64,000 nt of DNA from an uncultured Paludibacteraceae bacterium. GTDB lineage: Bacteria > Bacteroidota > Bacteroidia > Bacteroidales > Paludibacteraceae. This document shows positions 11,181 through 21,231 of the stretch, one piece after another. A program made the translations under genes and the position numbers. How positions within the stretch are numbered: the first letter of the stretch is position 1; each line of letters opens with the position of its first letter. Location: contig CAZMYT010000004.1 in NCBI GenBank assembly GCA_964570565.1, positions 114,256-178,255 on the forward strand. The letters are read 5' to 3'. Below the pieces are notes generated by a model, which did no database searches, was not told where the DNA came from, and worked only from the letters and a program-made list of their open reading frames with translations.

Positions 11181-12935
11181 ATGGAAGTAACACGTCTTAT
11201 CGACTTGCTGCCATACTATTTGGAGCATCATCCAAATCAAGATGCAGCATTGGCAGCCAAACGTAATGGCGAATGGATTAAAATCAGTATTCAGCAATAC
11301 GTTGAAAAAGTTAACAATTTGTCGTATGGTTTTATGGAACTTGGTATAGTTCCGGGTGACAAGGTTGCTATTATCAGTTCTAATCGCCCAGAATGGAATA
11401 TGCTCGATATGGCTGTGATGCAGTGTGGTGCTATTAGTGTACCAATTTATCCTACCATTAGTCAAGCCGACTACAAATATATTTTAAATCATGCCGAAAT
11501 TAAATTAATCTTTATCGAAGGTAAAGAACTGCGTACAAAGATTGAACCAGTTTTACCTGAAGTGAAGTCAATCAAGCATGTGTACACATTTATGGATCAA
11601 GGTGTTTATCCTTATTTCGACCAATTGGTTGAGTTAGGCAAAGCACATCCACAGCCAGAAGCGTTGAAAAAAATTATGGATGGTATCGACAAAATGGATA
11701 TGGCCACCATTATTTACACGTCAGGTACTACTGGAAATCCTAAAGGTGTAATGTTAAGCCATAATAATGTGGTTCAAAATTTCTATAATGTGCGTAATAC
11801 GCCTGCACCTTGGAATAAAACCGCTTTAAGTTTCTTGCCGTTGTGCCATGCTTACGAGCGTATGATGGTCTATTTGTATCAGTATTTGGGTATTTCGGTG
11901 TATTATGCCGAAAGTTTGGCTACCATTGCCGACAATATCAAAGAGATAAACCCAACGTTTATGACGTGCGTACCTCGTTTGCTCGAAAAAATATATGATA
12001 AATTGTATATGTCGGGTAAAAAATTGCCACTTCCACAACGTTTAATTTACTATTGGGCATTTAATTTGGCTACGCATTATAAGATTGAAAATATGTCATC
12101 TTGGTATCGTGTGCGTCATAAATTGGCTGATAAATTGATTTATTCAAAATGGCGTGCGGCACTTGGTGGTAATTTTGATATCGTTGTGTCTGGTGGTTCT
12201 GCAATTCAACCTCACATGTCGGCTTTCTTCTCGGCTATGGGTATGCCTGTGTTCGAGGGTTATGGCTTGAGTGAGTCGTCACCTATTATTGCGGTTATGG
12301 ATCGTTTGCCTGGTGGTCGTCGTTTTGGTTCAGTTGGTCATGCGTTGCCTGGCACAGAATTGAAAATTGGTCCGAATGATGAAATTTTATCACGTGGTCA
12401 CAATGTGATGATGGGATATTACAAAGATCCTGAACTTACAGCTAAAGTTATAGATGCTGATGGTTGGTTGCATACAGGTGATACTGGTCGCATCGAAAAT
12501 GGGGCTTTAATTATTACGGGTCGGTTGAAAAATATTTTTAAAACCTCATTTGGAAAATATATCAATCCGCAAGTGATTGAGGCTAAATTCTGCGAATCAG
12601 GTTTTATCGAAAACATGGTTGTTTTTGGTGAAAATAAAAAATTTGCAGCGGCTTTAATTGTACCCGATTTTATCTTTTTGAAGGCTTGGTGTAAGAAACA
12701 TAAAATCAAGTTCACGACACCTGAAGAGATGATTAAAAACAAAGAGATTATTGCACGTTATCACAAAGAGGTTAAAAAACTGAATACCAATTTTGGTGAT
12801 TGGGAACATATTAAACGCTTTGAACTGATTGCCGACGAGTGGACACAAAATAATGTGCTAACTCCTACGTTAAAAGTAAAACGCAACGTTGTCGAAAAAA
12901 TGTACGCTGAAACAATCGAAAAATTGTTTGCGTAA
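11181..12935 (+). CDS. long-chain fatty acid--CoA ligase (AMP-dependent synthetase)
   Basis: AMP-binding motif YTSGTTGNPKGV, GYGLSE and TGDTG motifs; 584 aa. Confidence 0.85.
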   Translation: MEVTRLIDLLPYYLEHHPNQDAALAAKRNGEWIKISIQQYVEKVNNLSYGFMELGIVPGDKVAIISSNRPEWNMLDMAVMQCGAISVPIYPTISQADYKYILNHAEIKLIFIEGKELRTKIEPVLPEVKSIKHVYTFMDQGVYPYFDQLVELGKAHPQPEALKKIMDGIDKMDMATIIYTSGTTGNPKGVMLSHNNVVQNFYNVRNTPAPWNKTALSFLPLCHAYERMMVYLYQYLGISVYYAESLATIADNIKEINPTFMTCVPRLLEKIYDKLYMSGKKLPLPQRLIYYWAFNLATHYKIENMSSWYRVRHKLADKLIYSKWRAALGGNFDIVVSGGSAIQPHMSAFFSAMGMPVFEGYGLSESSPIIAVMDRLPGGRRFGSVGHALPGTELKIGPNDEILSRGHNVMMGYYKDPELTAKVIDADGWLHTGDTGRIENGALIITGRLKNIFKTSFGKYINPQVIEAKFCESGFIENMVVFGENKKFAAALIVPDFIFLKAWCKKHKIKFTTPEEMIKNKEIIARYHKEVKKLNTNFGDWEHIKRFELIADEWTQNNVLTPTLKVKRNVVEKMYAETIEKLFA

Positions 12936-12950
12936 CCATTTAAATATATA

Positions 12951-12988
12951 AAGAGGCGTGCTTTTGCCTAAGGCATGCCTCTTTTTTT
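12951..12988 (+). terminator. rho-independent terminator
   Basis: agaggcgtgc / gcatgcctct stem (one G-U pair) followed by a T-run. Confidence 0.6.
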
Positions 12989-13001
12989 ACTATAACAAAT
13001 T

Positions 13002-14261
13002 ATGAAAAAACTGATTTTAGTCTGCTTGTGTTTCTTGGCTCTTGGGGTAAATGCACAATTTTCTGTGTTGTCTGATAATGCTTATTTACATAAGACCGAT
13101 GTAGCCAATTTGGATGCATTATTTATGTTTAATGGCATTTCTGCATTAACGGAAATTACTTACACGGGGACTGAAACTGTACTCGAGTGGCAAACATTTG
13201 ATGGTCAGTTTTACAGCAATTCAAAAACTATTTCGCCTGAAGATGCAACTGGTTATATTTTGAAAATCAATAATGTAGCCACTTATTTTGTTTGGGTCAT
13301 TGATTACAAAAAATATCCTATTTCTATTACGTCGTTAAACGTGGTAGAGGCTGACGATAAATGTGAGAATATTAAATTAATTCCTACTTATACGGCACCT
13401 GATTTGACTTATCAAGATAAAAATAAGGTAAGTCATACATTACCTCGCGTATTTACTTTGCGTTATCAAAATGTAGCGTTTGCTAATGACGCTTGGGGAG
13501 AACCAATGGCGAAAAGTTTTACAAAAACGCCTCCATTTACGGAGTTTGTAGTAAATGCCCCTTTTTGCGACACCAAGTACAGTCTCGAAGCCGATACTTA
13601 TGCCACAGAAATGAATATTGCCCCGCAAATGGTAGAAACTCCTTTATATAAAGCCATTGCGATAGAAGCGCATGTAAAAGGAACCGTGTCGGAACGTACC
13701 GCCAAGAACGAATTGGAACGTTCTGGCGCTGATATTTCAGGCTCGGGTCCATTGGTGGTCGATTTTGAAAGTCGTGTGAATCCAATTTCTACCAATTTTT
13801 ACGAATGGTTCATTTATAATCTTAAGTCGCCCAATAGTTATATTCGTTATACAGATCGTGATTTTCGTTATACATTCACGGAATCAGGTTCGTATCGCGT
13901 AAAATTAGTGGCGGCTTCGTCCTCGTGTGAATATGTCGATTCTTTGGACATCAAAGTGTTGGAATCGTCCTTGGATGTTCCCAATATTTTTACACCTAAT
14001 GGCGATGGAATTAATGATGAGTTTCGTGTGGTGTTTAAATCTTTGAAATCGTACAACTGCCAAGTTTTTAATCGTTGGGGACGAAAAGTATTTTCCACCG
14101 ATGATCCAGGAAAAGGCTGGGACGGTCGTATAAATGGACAAATGGCAGCTCCTGGAGCTTATTATTACGTGATTCAAGCTACTGGAACGGATTTGGATAG
14201 TAAAGGTAATCCTATCAAATACAAGTTAAGCGGTGATATCAATTTACTGCGTGGGAAATAA
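13002..14261 (+). CDS. secreted protein with T9SS type-B (gliding-motility-associated) C-terminal sorting domain
   Basis: Signal peptide (CFLALGVNAQ) and a C-terminal NIFTPNGDGINDEF...GWDG...APGAYYY motif set. Confidence 0.8.
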   Translation: MKKLILVCLCFLALGVNAQFSVLSDNAYLHKTDVANLDALFMFNGISALTEITYTGTETVLEWQTFDGQFYSNSKTISPEDATGYILKINNVATYFVWVIDYKKYPISITSLNVVEADDKCENIKLIPTYTAPDLTYQDKNKVSHTLPRVFTLRYQNVAFANDAWGEPMAKSFTKTPPFTEFVVNAPFCDTKYSLEADTYATEMNIAPQMVETPLYKAIAIEAHVKGTVSERTAKNELERSGADISGSGPLVVDFESRVNPISTNFYEWFIYNLKSPNSYIRYTDRDFRYTFTESGSYRVKLVAASSSCEYVDSLDIKVLESSLDVPNIFTPNGDGINDEFRVVFKSLKSYNCQVFNRWGRKVFSTDDPGKGWDGRINGQMAAPGAYYYVIQATGTDLDSKGNPIKYKLSGDINLLRGK

Positions 14262-14285
14262 TAGAAATGGATATTCGTGTATATA

Positions 14286-14318
14286 AAAATAGCCGCATAT
14301 AATGTGGCTATTTTTGTG
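14286..14318. terminator. bidirectional terminator between convergent genes
   Basis: aaaatagccgca / tgtggctatttt hairpin. Confidence 0.6.
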
Positions 14319-14326
14319 TTTTCTTA

Positions 14327-14857
14327 TTATTGAAAGAAACTAAAATGTACATTCCCGTAGTTTCGATGTTCAACAAAATGAGGATGTGTTTCGAATGAAT
14401 TTTTACTACCATGTTCAAGCACAAAAAGACCTCCATCTTTTAACCGTTTTTGTTTAAAAATCGCATCAGGAAGTTCTGTTATATTTGGTAATTGGTAGGG
14501 TGGGTCGGCAAAAATAAAATCAAACGATTCGTAGTTGGTGGTTAGAAAACGAAAAACGTCAGAACGATAGACTCGTAAATTGTCCACCTTCAAACTGTCC
14601 ATCGTCTTTTTAATAAATCCGATGTGTTGTTCGCTCATTTCTACGGCACTCACATGTATACAGCCGCGCGATACGCATTCCAAACTGATGCTACCAGTGC
14701 CTGAAAAAAGATCGAGTGCTGTAGTTCCTTCGAACTCCATATAGTTGGTCAGTACATTGAATAGACCTTCTTTAGCAAAATCGGTGGTTGGACGTGCAGT
14801 GATGCTTGTAGGAGGTGTGAGTCTACGTCCTTTAAATTTGCCGCTAATAATTCTCAT
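14327..14857 (-). CDS. rsmD: 16S rRNA (guanine966-N2)-methyltransferase
   Basis: MRIISGKFKGRRL start, DLFSGTGS SAM motif and ADPPY catalytic motif. Confidence 0.88.
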   Translation of the reverse strand: MRIISGKFKGRRLTPPTSITARPTTDFAKEGLFNVLTNYMEFEGTTALDLFSGTGSISLECVSRGCIHVSAVEMSEQHIGFIKKTMDSLKVDNLRVYRSDVFRFLTTNYESFDFIFADPPYQLPNITELPDAIFKQKRLKDGGLFVLEHGSKNSFETHPHFVEHRNYGNVHFSFFQ

Positions 14858-14935
14858 AGGTTTTTATATTTCAACAATAAATCCATTCGAGTAAATACCC
14901 GAATGGATTTAATATTAATGGTAGTGTGTTAGGTA

Positions 14936-15619
14936 TTATTCCCAGTTTCCAGCATTGTTGTTTGGCTCGTCTACCGAACCAACTTTCAATCCATTGTATT
15001 TTTCAAGTTTAGTTTGTTGATCTTTCAAGTTTACTAATTCTTGACGATTTAGATCGCTCAAATACGCATCGTAAGGGGCACGCGCTTCGAATAGAGGAAT
15101 CACAATTCCTGAGCTTGCATTTTTGTGCATACGTGTTTCCATTTCAAATTTTTGGCCATTTGAAAAAGGAATAACGCATAAATCTTTTACTTTGTCAAGG
15201 GTTAGAATGTCTGCAAATAAGCTTTCGTAAACACTTACATATGAAGTGTCACGGCGAAAATTTTCTAAACCATTTGCTGTAATTTCTTTTTTATTACCAG
15301 ATTTTACAATCTGCAATGCTTTCTTTTCGGTAAGACCCGCAAGTAGTTGTTCGTCTGTGAGTGTTCCTTCTTTTAGTACCAATGGCATTTTTCCATTCAG
15401 GATGAAATCAACCAAGGTATCAGTGCTTGCCGTGTAACGTCCATTTTGATTTTTAAATTCGATTTGAGCTTTGCGGATGTTTACTAAATTGTTGATGATG
15501 GCTTTTTCGCGTAGTGCTCGCTCTTCATCAAAATGAATTGGTGTTAAGATACTCATGATAGTGAGATATCCCAATACAATGATGGAAAGGATTAACGAAA
15601 TTCTAACAGCATGTTTCAT
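14936..15619 (-). CDS. membrane-anchored hypothetical protein
   Basis: Single N-terminal TM helix. I recognise no motif. Confidence 0.5.
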   Translation of the reverse strand: MKHAVRISLILSIIVLGYLTIMSILTPIHFDEERALREKAIINNLVNIRKAQIEFKNQNGRYTASTDTLVDFILNGKMPLVLKEGTLTDEQLLAGLTEKKALQIVKSGNKKEITANGLENFRRDTSYVSVYESLFADILTLDKVKDLCVIPFSNGQKFEMETRMHKNASSGIVIPLFEARAPYDAYLSDLNRQELVNLKDQQTKLEKYNGLKVGSVDEPNNNAGNWE

Positions 15620-15733
15620 ATTCTTTGATTTTAGATGATTATTTTTTGTTGATAATGGGTTGCAAATGTAATAAAAAAAGCGAATAGTCGTGTTATTTAT
15701 CTATAAAATTAGTTTTTTTGATGGTTTATCGTG

Positions 15734-16336
15734 TTAAATTAACACACCGGCACCTGCTCGTACAATAATAGGCTCATCGCCTGTGCAGTCTACTATGGTA
15801 GAAGCCACCACGCCACCGAAACCGCCGTCAATGATTAAATCGACTGATTTTCCATATTTTTCTTCTAATAATTCGGGATCCGTTTCATATTCAGTGATGT
15901 CACAGTCGTCTTTTACAGAGGCTGTAAGAATTGGATTGCCAAGTTCTTGCACTAATGCTCTGATTATATTATTATCTGGTACACGTATACCTATGGTTTT
16001 ACGGTTTTTGAATAATTTTGGTAAATTACTACTGCCATTTAGAATAAAGGTGAATGCTCCTGGCAGATTGTGTTTCAGTAATTTAAAGGTGGTGTTGTCC
16101 ACTTTGGCGTATTCACTAATATTGCTTAAGTCGTAACAGATAAGTGATAGGTTGGCTTTTTGTGGATCTATTCCTTTGAATTTACACACTTTTTCTACGG
16201 CGCGTGGTTGAAAAATATCGCATCCTATCGCATAAACGGTATCGGTAGGGTAAATTACTACACCACCATTACGTAGAATTTCGGCTACGCGTGTAATCGC
16301 TTTAGGATTTGGATTGTCGGAATAAAGTTTAAGCAT
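15734..16336 (-). CDS. tsaC: L-threonylcarbamoyladenylate synthase (YrdC/Sua5 family)
   Basis: YPTDTVYAIGCD and the overall YrdC-domain pattern; 200 aa. Confidence 0.85.
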   Translation of the reverse strand: MLKLYSDNPNPKAITRVAEILRNGGVVIYPTDTVYAIGCDIFQPRAVEKVCKFKGIDPQKANLSLICYDLSNISEYAKVDNTTFKLLKHNLPGAFTFILNGSSNLPKLFKNRKTIGIRVPDNNIIRALVQELGNPILTASVKDDCDITEYETDPELLEEKYGKSVDLIIDGGFGGVVASTIVDCTGDEPIIVRAGAGVLI

Positions 16337-16371
16337 GAATACGCTGAATGACCGCAGTCTGTCTATTTAAT

Positions 16372-17382
16372 TTATTGAAATTGTTGTAAGAAACGCACAT
16401 CATTTTCTGAGAATAAGCGTAAGTCTTTCACCTGAAATTTTAAGTTGGTGATACGTTCTACACCCATACCAAAGGCGTAACCAGAATAGATGGTGGAGTC
16501 AATGCCGCATGCTTCGAGTACATTAGGGTCCACCATGCCACAACCTAGAATTTCAACCCAACCTGTATGTTTGCAGAAATTACAACCTTTACCACCACAT
16601 AAGTTACATGAAATATCCATTTCGGCACTTGGTTCCGTGAATGGGAAATAGGATGGACGCAAACGAATTTCGGTATTTTCGCCGAACATTTCTTTGGCAA
16701 AATAGAGTAGTGCTTGTTTTAAATCCGCAAAGGATACATTTTTATCAATGTAAAGTCCTTCTACTTGATGAAAGAAGCAGTGAGCACGATAGGAAATGGC
16801 TTCGTTTCTGTATACACGACCAGGGCACAACACACGAATGGGTGGTTTTTGCGTGGTCATAATACGTGTTTGTACGCTCGAGGTGTGTGTGCGTAGCAAT
16901 ACATCAGGGTCTTTCTCAATGAAAAAAGTATCTTGCATATCACGTGCAGGATGTTCTGGTGGAAAATTAAGTGCACCAAACACATGCCAATCATCCTCAA
17001 TTTCAGGACCTTCGGCCACGGTGAATCCGATACGTGAAAAAATATCAATAATTTCGCCTTTAACTAATGACAATGGATGACGTGTGCCTAATGGAAGTGT
17101 GTCTGCACTACGTGTTAAATCCATCTTTTCGGATGCACCTTTTGTTGCTTCAAGCGCTGTTTTTAAGTCATTCAATTTGGCTTGTGCAGCATCACGCAGT
17201 TGATTTAAAAGCTGACCAATTTCACGTTTTTCCTCATTTGGAACAGTACGAAAATCGTTGAAAAGTTCTGAAATTTCTCCTTTTTTACTGAGGTATTGGA
17301 TACGTAAAGCTTCTAATTCTTCATGCGTTTTGGCAGAGAAAGCGTTGACAGCGTCTGTTAATTGAGCAATTTTTGATTTCAT
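16372..17382 (-). CDS. pheS: phenylalanine--tRNA ligase alpha subunit
   Basis: Class II aaRS motifs (HPARDMQDTF, FRNE-like RVYRNE, GMGVERI). Start trimmed to ATG at 17382 (MKSKIAQL). Confidence 0.93.
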   Translation of the reverse strand: MKSKIAQLTDAVNAFSAKTHEELEALRIQYLSKKGEISELFNDFRTVPNEEKREIGQLLNQLRDAAQAKLNDLKTALEATKGASEKMDLTRSADTLPLGTRHPLSLVKGEIIDIFSRIGFTVAEGPEIEDDWHVFGALNFPPEHPARDMQDTFFIEKDPDVLLRTHTSSVQTRIMTTQKPPIRVLCPGRVYRNEAISYRAHCFFHQVEGLYIDKNVSFADLKQALLYFAKEMFGENTEIRLRPSYFPFTEPSAEMDISCNLCGGKGCNFCKHTGWVEILGCGMVDPNVLEACGIDSTIYSGYAFGMGVERITNLKFQVKDLRLFSENDVRFLQQFQ

Positions 17383-17629
17383 ATTGTTAGTTACAAGTGT
17401 TCCTTGAAAGGGTATAATTGGTTTAAAAACAAGCCGTTTAACATGCTTGTTGAGTCTAATTTCGTTCAAAGATAAGCAAACGCACAAAGATACTATTTTT
17501 TTGTTTAAAATCCCAAGCATTTTACCACATGAATTTGATACAAAACGCTCTTTGTCAATAGTCGTAACTCGTGTTCATTATCATCGATGTTTTTTTTCTG
17601 TTAGCGCTCTATTCTTACAAGAAAATATT

Positions 17630-17637
17630 TATCTTTG
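17630..17637 (+). promoter_or_regulatory. candidate -7 box (TATCTTTG) for ligA
   Basis: TAnnTTTG match 29 nt upstream of the ligA ATG. Confidence 0.4.
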
Positions 17638-17665
17638 TAGATTGAAATAATAGGTATTTTTGAAT

Positions 17666-19675
17666 ATGACAACGCCTCGGGAACAGATAGAACAACTTAG
17701 GAATGAGCTGAATGCGCATAATTATAGCTATTATGTGTTGAACGCTCCTACCATCAGCGATTTTGAGTTTGATGCCAAGTTGCGCCAATTACAAAAGTTG
17801 GAAGCGGATTATCCCGACTATTTTGATCCAAATTCGCCATCGCAACGTGTGGGGAGCGATTTGAACGAAGCGTTTGTACAGGTGGCGCACAGCTATCCGA
17901 TGTTGTCGTTGGCAAATACCTATTCAGCTGGCGAAGTGACCGAATTTTATGAACGTGTACGCAAAGCGCTCAACGACGATTTTGAAGTGGTGTGCGAGTT
18001 AAAATATGATGGAACTTCCATATCGCTAACTTACGAAAATGGCTCTTTAGTGCGAGCTGTAACGCGTGGCGATGGTCTTCAAGGTGATGATGTAACGTCT
18101 AATGTGCGCACTATTCAAACTATTCCGCTTAAATTACAGGGCGATTATCCCCCAAAATTTGAGATTCGTGGCGAAATTCTGATGCCTTGGGACGTGTTTG
18201 AGGCTTTAAATCGTGAACGTGAAGCACAAGAAGAGCCGCTGTTTGCGAATCCACGTAATGCCGCTAGTGGAACACTGAAATTACAAAATTCAGCAGAAGT
18301 GGCGCGTCGCAAATTAGATGCGTATTTCTACTATCTGTTGGGCGATAAATTGCCCATGGATACCCATTACGATAATCTCAAGAAAGCCGCTGAATGGGGA
18401 TTTAAGGTCTCTCCGGCTATGAAAAAATGTACTTCACTCGACGAAGTGCTCGCTTATATTGACTATTGGGATAAGGAACGTAAAAATTTACCAGTAGCTA
18501 CCGATGGCATGGTGCTCAAGGTAAATAATTTATTACAACAGAAGAATTTAGGTTATACCGCTAAATCGCCACGTTGGGCTATTGCCTATAAATTTCAGGC
18601 GGAAAAAGCTTGCACTCGGCTCAATTCGGTGAGTTATCAAGTGGGACGCACGGGAGCTATTACGCCTGTAGCCAATTTAGATCCTGTTCAATTATCGGGA
18701 ACGGTTGTAAAACGTGCTTCGTTACATAATGCCGATATTATTGCTGGGCTCGATTTGCATATTGGCGACATGGTTTTTGTGGAAAAAGGTGGCGAAATTA
18801 TTCCGAAAATAACCGCGGTTGATACTGATGCACGCATTTTAATTGGCGATAAAGTGCAGTTTATTAAAACGTGTCCTGAATGTGGCTCAACTTTGGTACG
18901 AGATGATGGCGAAGCTGCTCATTACTGTCCCAATGAAGATGGCTGTTCGCCTCAGATAAAAGGCAAAATAGAGCATTTTGTTAGTCGCAAGGCGATGAAT
19001 ATTGATGGGCTTGGAACCGAAACGATTGCTTTGCTTTACGAAAAAGGTCTGTTACGCAATGTGGCTGATATTTACGATTTGAAAGTACCCGATTTGGCTC
19101 GTTTGGAACGATTAGGTACTAAATCGGCACACAATATAAAAGAGGCTATCGACGTTTCTAAACAAGTACCATTTGCGCGTGTTCTGTTTGCTTTAGGTAT
19201 TCGTTATGTAGGTGAAACTGTGGCCAAGAAATTGGCTAGTGCCTTTCATTCTATCGAGGCATTACAAGTGGCGACTGTGGAGGAATTGATTACTGTAGAT
19301 GAAATAGGCGAGCGTATTGCTCAAAGTGTGAAAGCGTATTTCGAAAAGCCAGAACACCAAGAGTTGATTGCGCGTTTGAAACAAGCAGGGCTTACCTTTG
19401 AAATGGCAGAAACTAATTTGCCTTTATCGGATACGTTAAGTGGTCTATCTATTGTGATTAGTGGTACTTTTTTACATCATTCGCGTGACGAATATAAAGT
19501 GCTGATAGAACAGCATGGTGGTAAAAATGTAGGCTCTGTATCTGCCAAAACCGATTATATTTTGGCGGGCGACAATATGGGGCCAGCCAAACTCGAAAAA
19601 GCGCAAAAATTAGGTGTGAAAATTATCAATGAAGATGATTTTCTACATTTAATTAGCCATTCCAAAAATCAATAA
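17666..19675 (+). CDS. ligA: NAD-dependent DNA ligase
   Basis: CELKYDG adenylation lysine motif, Zn-finger cysteines (CPECGS...CPN..C), HhH region and C-terminal BRCT region. Confidence 0.95.
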   Translation: MTTPREQIEQLRNELNAHNYSYYVLNAPTISDFEFDAKLRQLQKLEADYPDYFDPNSPSQRVGSDLNEAFVQVAHSYPMLSLANTYSAGEVTEFYERVRKALNDDFEVVCELKYDGTSISLTYENGSLVRAVTRGDGLQGDDVTSNVRTIQTIPLKLQGDYPPKFEIRGEILMPWDVFEALNREREAQEEPLFANPRNAASGTLKLQNSAEVARRKLDAYFYYLLGDKLPMDTHYDNLKKAAEWGFKVSPAMKKCTSLDEVLAYIDYWDKERKNLPVATDGMVLKVNNLLQQKNLGYTAKSPRWAIAYKFQAEKACTRLNSVSYQVGRTGAITPVANLDPVQLSGTVVKRASLHNADIIAGLDLHIGDMVFVEKGGEIIPKITAVDTDARILIGDKVQFIKTCPECGSTLVRDDGEAAHYCPNEDGCSPQIKGKIEHFVSRKAMNIDGLGTETIALLYEKGLLRNVADIYDLKVPDLARLERLGTKSAHNIKEAIDVSKQVPFARVLFALGIRYVGETVAKKLASAFHSIEALQVATVEELITVDEIGERIAQSVKAYFEKPEHQELIARLKQAGLTFEMAETNLPLSDTLSGLSIVISGTFLHHSRDEYKVLIEQHGGKNVGSVSAKTDYILAGDNMGPAKLEKAQKLGVKIINEDDFLHLISHSKNQ

Positions 19676-19698
19676 ACAAATTTGAAATTATTACATAT

Positions 19699-20286
19699 AT
19701 GTTTAATCAATTACGTCGTAAGGTTTTTGCCTATCATGTGAATCAATTCAATAAGCGAGTTGAACGTACAAAGAAATATGTCGATTATGCACATGCCAGG
19801 TCAGTGTTGGTTTTGTATGAGAGTGAACCATCCGAAAATCGTAATTTTATTTCAGAAGTGATTCGCACGCTTACGTCCGATGGGAAACGTGTGTCGGTAT
19901 ATGGTTTTGTTCCTAAAAAGATGGCCATATCTTCATCGATGAATAATTTTAATATGTTGGATATTAAAAGTTTGGACTTCTTTTACCAACCTAAAAGTTC
20001 TTTGTTACAACTATTGGAAGAAGATCAGTTTGATTTGGTGATTGACCTCACCGTTCATTTCTGTCAACCTTTACAATATCTCTTACTACACGCCAATGCG
20101 CCTTGTAAAGTGGGTGGTTCAGTCGGTGAATTTGGTTTGATTGATTTTGCCGTAAAAATGCCTGAGCCAGAGGTTTTGCTGGAAGACGATAAACCAGATA
20201 TTTCAGTTCAATTATTGTATGAGAAAGAGAAAGAACTTTGGCGTGAAATTTTGTACTATTTAAAATCTATTGTAGCCGCTAATTAA
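19699..20286 (+). CDS. hypothetical protein
   Basis: Clean 195-aa ORF between ligA and dapA. No motif recognised. Confidence 0.5.
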   Translation: MFNQLRRKVFAYHVNQFNKRVERTKKYVDYAHARSVLVLYESEPSENRNFISEVIRTLTSDGKRVSVYGFVPKKMAISSSMNNFNMLDIKSLDFFYQPKSSLLQLLEEDQFDLVIDLTVHFCQPLQYLLLHANAPCKVGGSVGEFGLIDFAVKMPEPEVLLEDDKPDISVQLLYEKEKELWREILYYLKSIVAAN

Positions 20287-20303
20287 TTACAAACTTACTG
20301 TTT

Positions 20304-21200
20304 ATGTTAACAAATAAATTGATGGGCATGGGTATTGCCCTGATTACCCCGTTTAAAAAAGATGGTTCTGTTGATTTTGATGCGTTAGAACGTTTAGTGG
20401 AGTATCAAATTGAAAATGGTACCGACTACTTGGTGATTTTAGGAACAACAGCGGAAACGCCTACATTAACCGAAGAAGAAAAAGATGAAATTGCCCGTGT
20501 GGTGATTGCCAAAACTAATAAACGTTTGCCTATCGTTATGGGCATTGGCGGTAATAATACGCGCACGGTGGTTGAGAAAATCAAGTCTACTGATTTATCG
20601 CAAGTGGATGCCGTATTGTCGGTAGTGCCATATTACAATAAACCGTCTCAGGAAGGTATTTATCAACATTATAAAGCCATTGCTCAGGCTACAAGTACGC
20701 CTATTGTGTTGTACAATGTGCCAGGTAGAACGGGTGTGAATATGAAAGCTGAAACTATTTTGCGTTTAGCCAATGAATTTCCCAATATTGTTGGGATAAA
20801 AGAAGCGTCGGGCAATTTCGCTCAAATAGATGAAATTATCAAAAATAAACCAAATCATTTTATGGTGATATCTGGTGACGATGGTATTACATTTCCGCTT
20901 ATCACTTTGGGTGCTGTAGGTGTTATTTCGGTTATCGGAAACGCATTCCCACGTGAATTCAGTCGTATGGTACGTTTGGCTATGCGTGGTGATTTGGCTG
21001 GTGCTCGTGAAATTCATTACCGTTTTACAGAATTGATGGAATTGCTCTTTGTCGATGGCAATCCCGCTGGTGTAAAAAGCATGTTATCCATGATGGGTTT
21101 TATCGAGAATGAATTACGTTTACCGTTAGTTCCAACAACTTTAAAAACGACCGAACGGATGCGCCAAATTTTGGACCAAATTAGACTATTGGAAAAATAG
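20304..21200 (+). CDS. dapA: 4-hydroxy-tetrahydrodipicolinate synthase
   Basis: GIALITPF...GTTAE...YNVPGRTG...IKEASG pattern. Confidence 0.92.
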   Translation: MLTNKLMGMGIALITPFKKDGSVDFDALERLVEYQIENGTDYLVILGTTAETPTLTEEEKDEIARVVIAKTNKRLPIVMGIGGNNTRTVVEKIKSTDLSQVDAVLSVVPYYNKPSQEGIYQHYKAIAQATSTPIVLYNVPGRTGVNMKAETILRLANEFPNIVGIKEASGNFAQIDEIIKNKPNHFMVISGDDGITFPLITLGAVGVISVIGNAFPREFSRMVRLAMRGDLAGAREIHYRFTELMELLFVDGNPAGVKSMLSMMGFIENELRLPLVPTTLKTTERMRQILDQIRLLEK

Positions 21201-21231
21201 TATTCCAGTAGTTTTTACTTAAAATCACTTT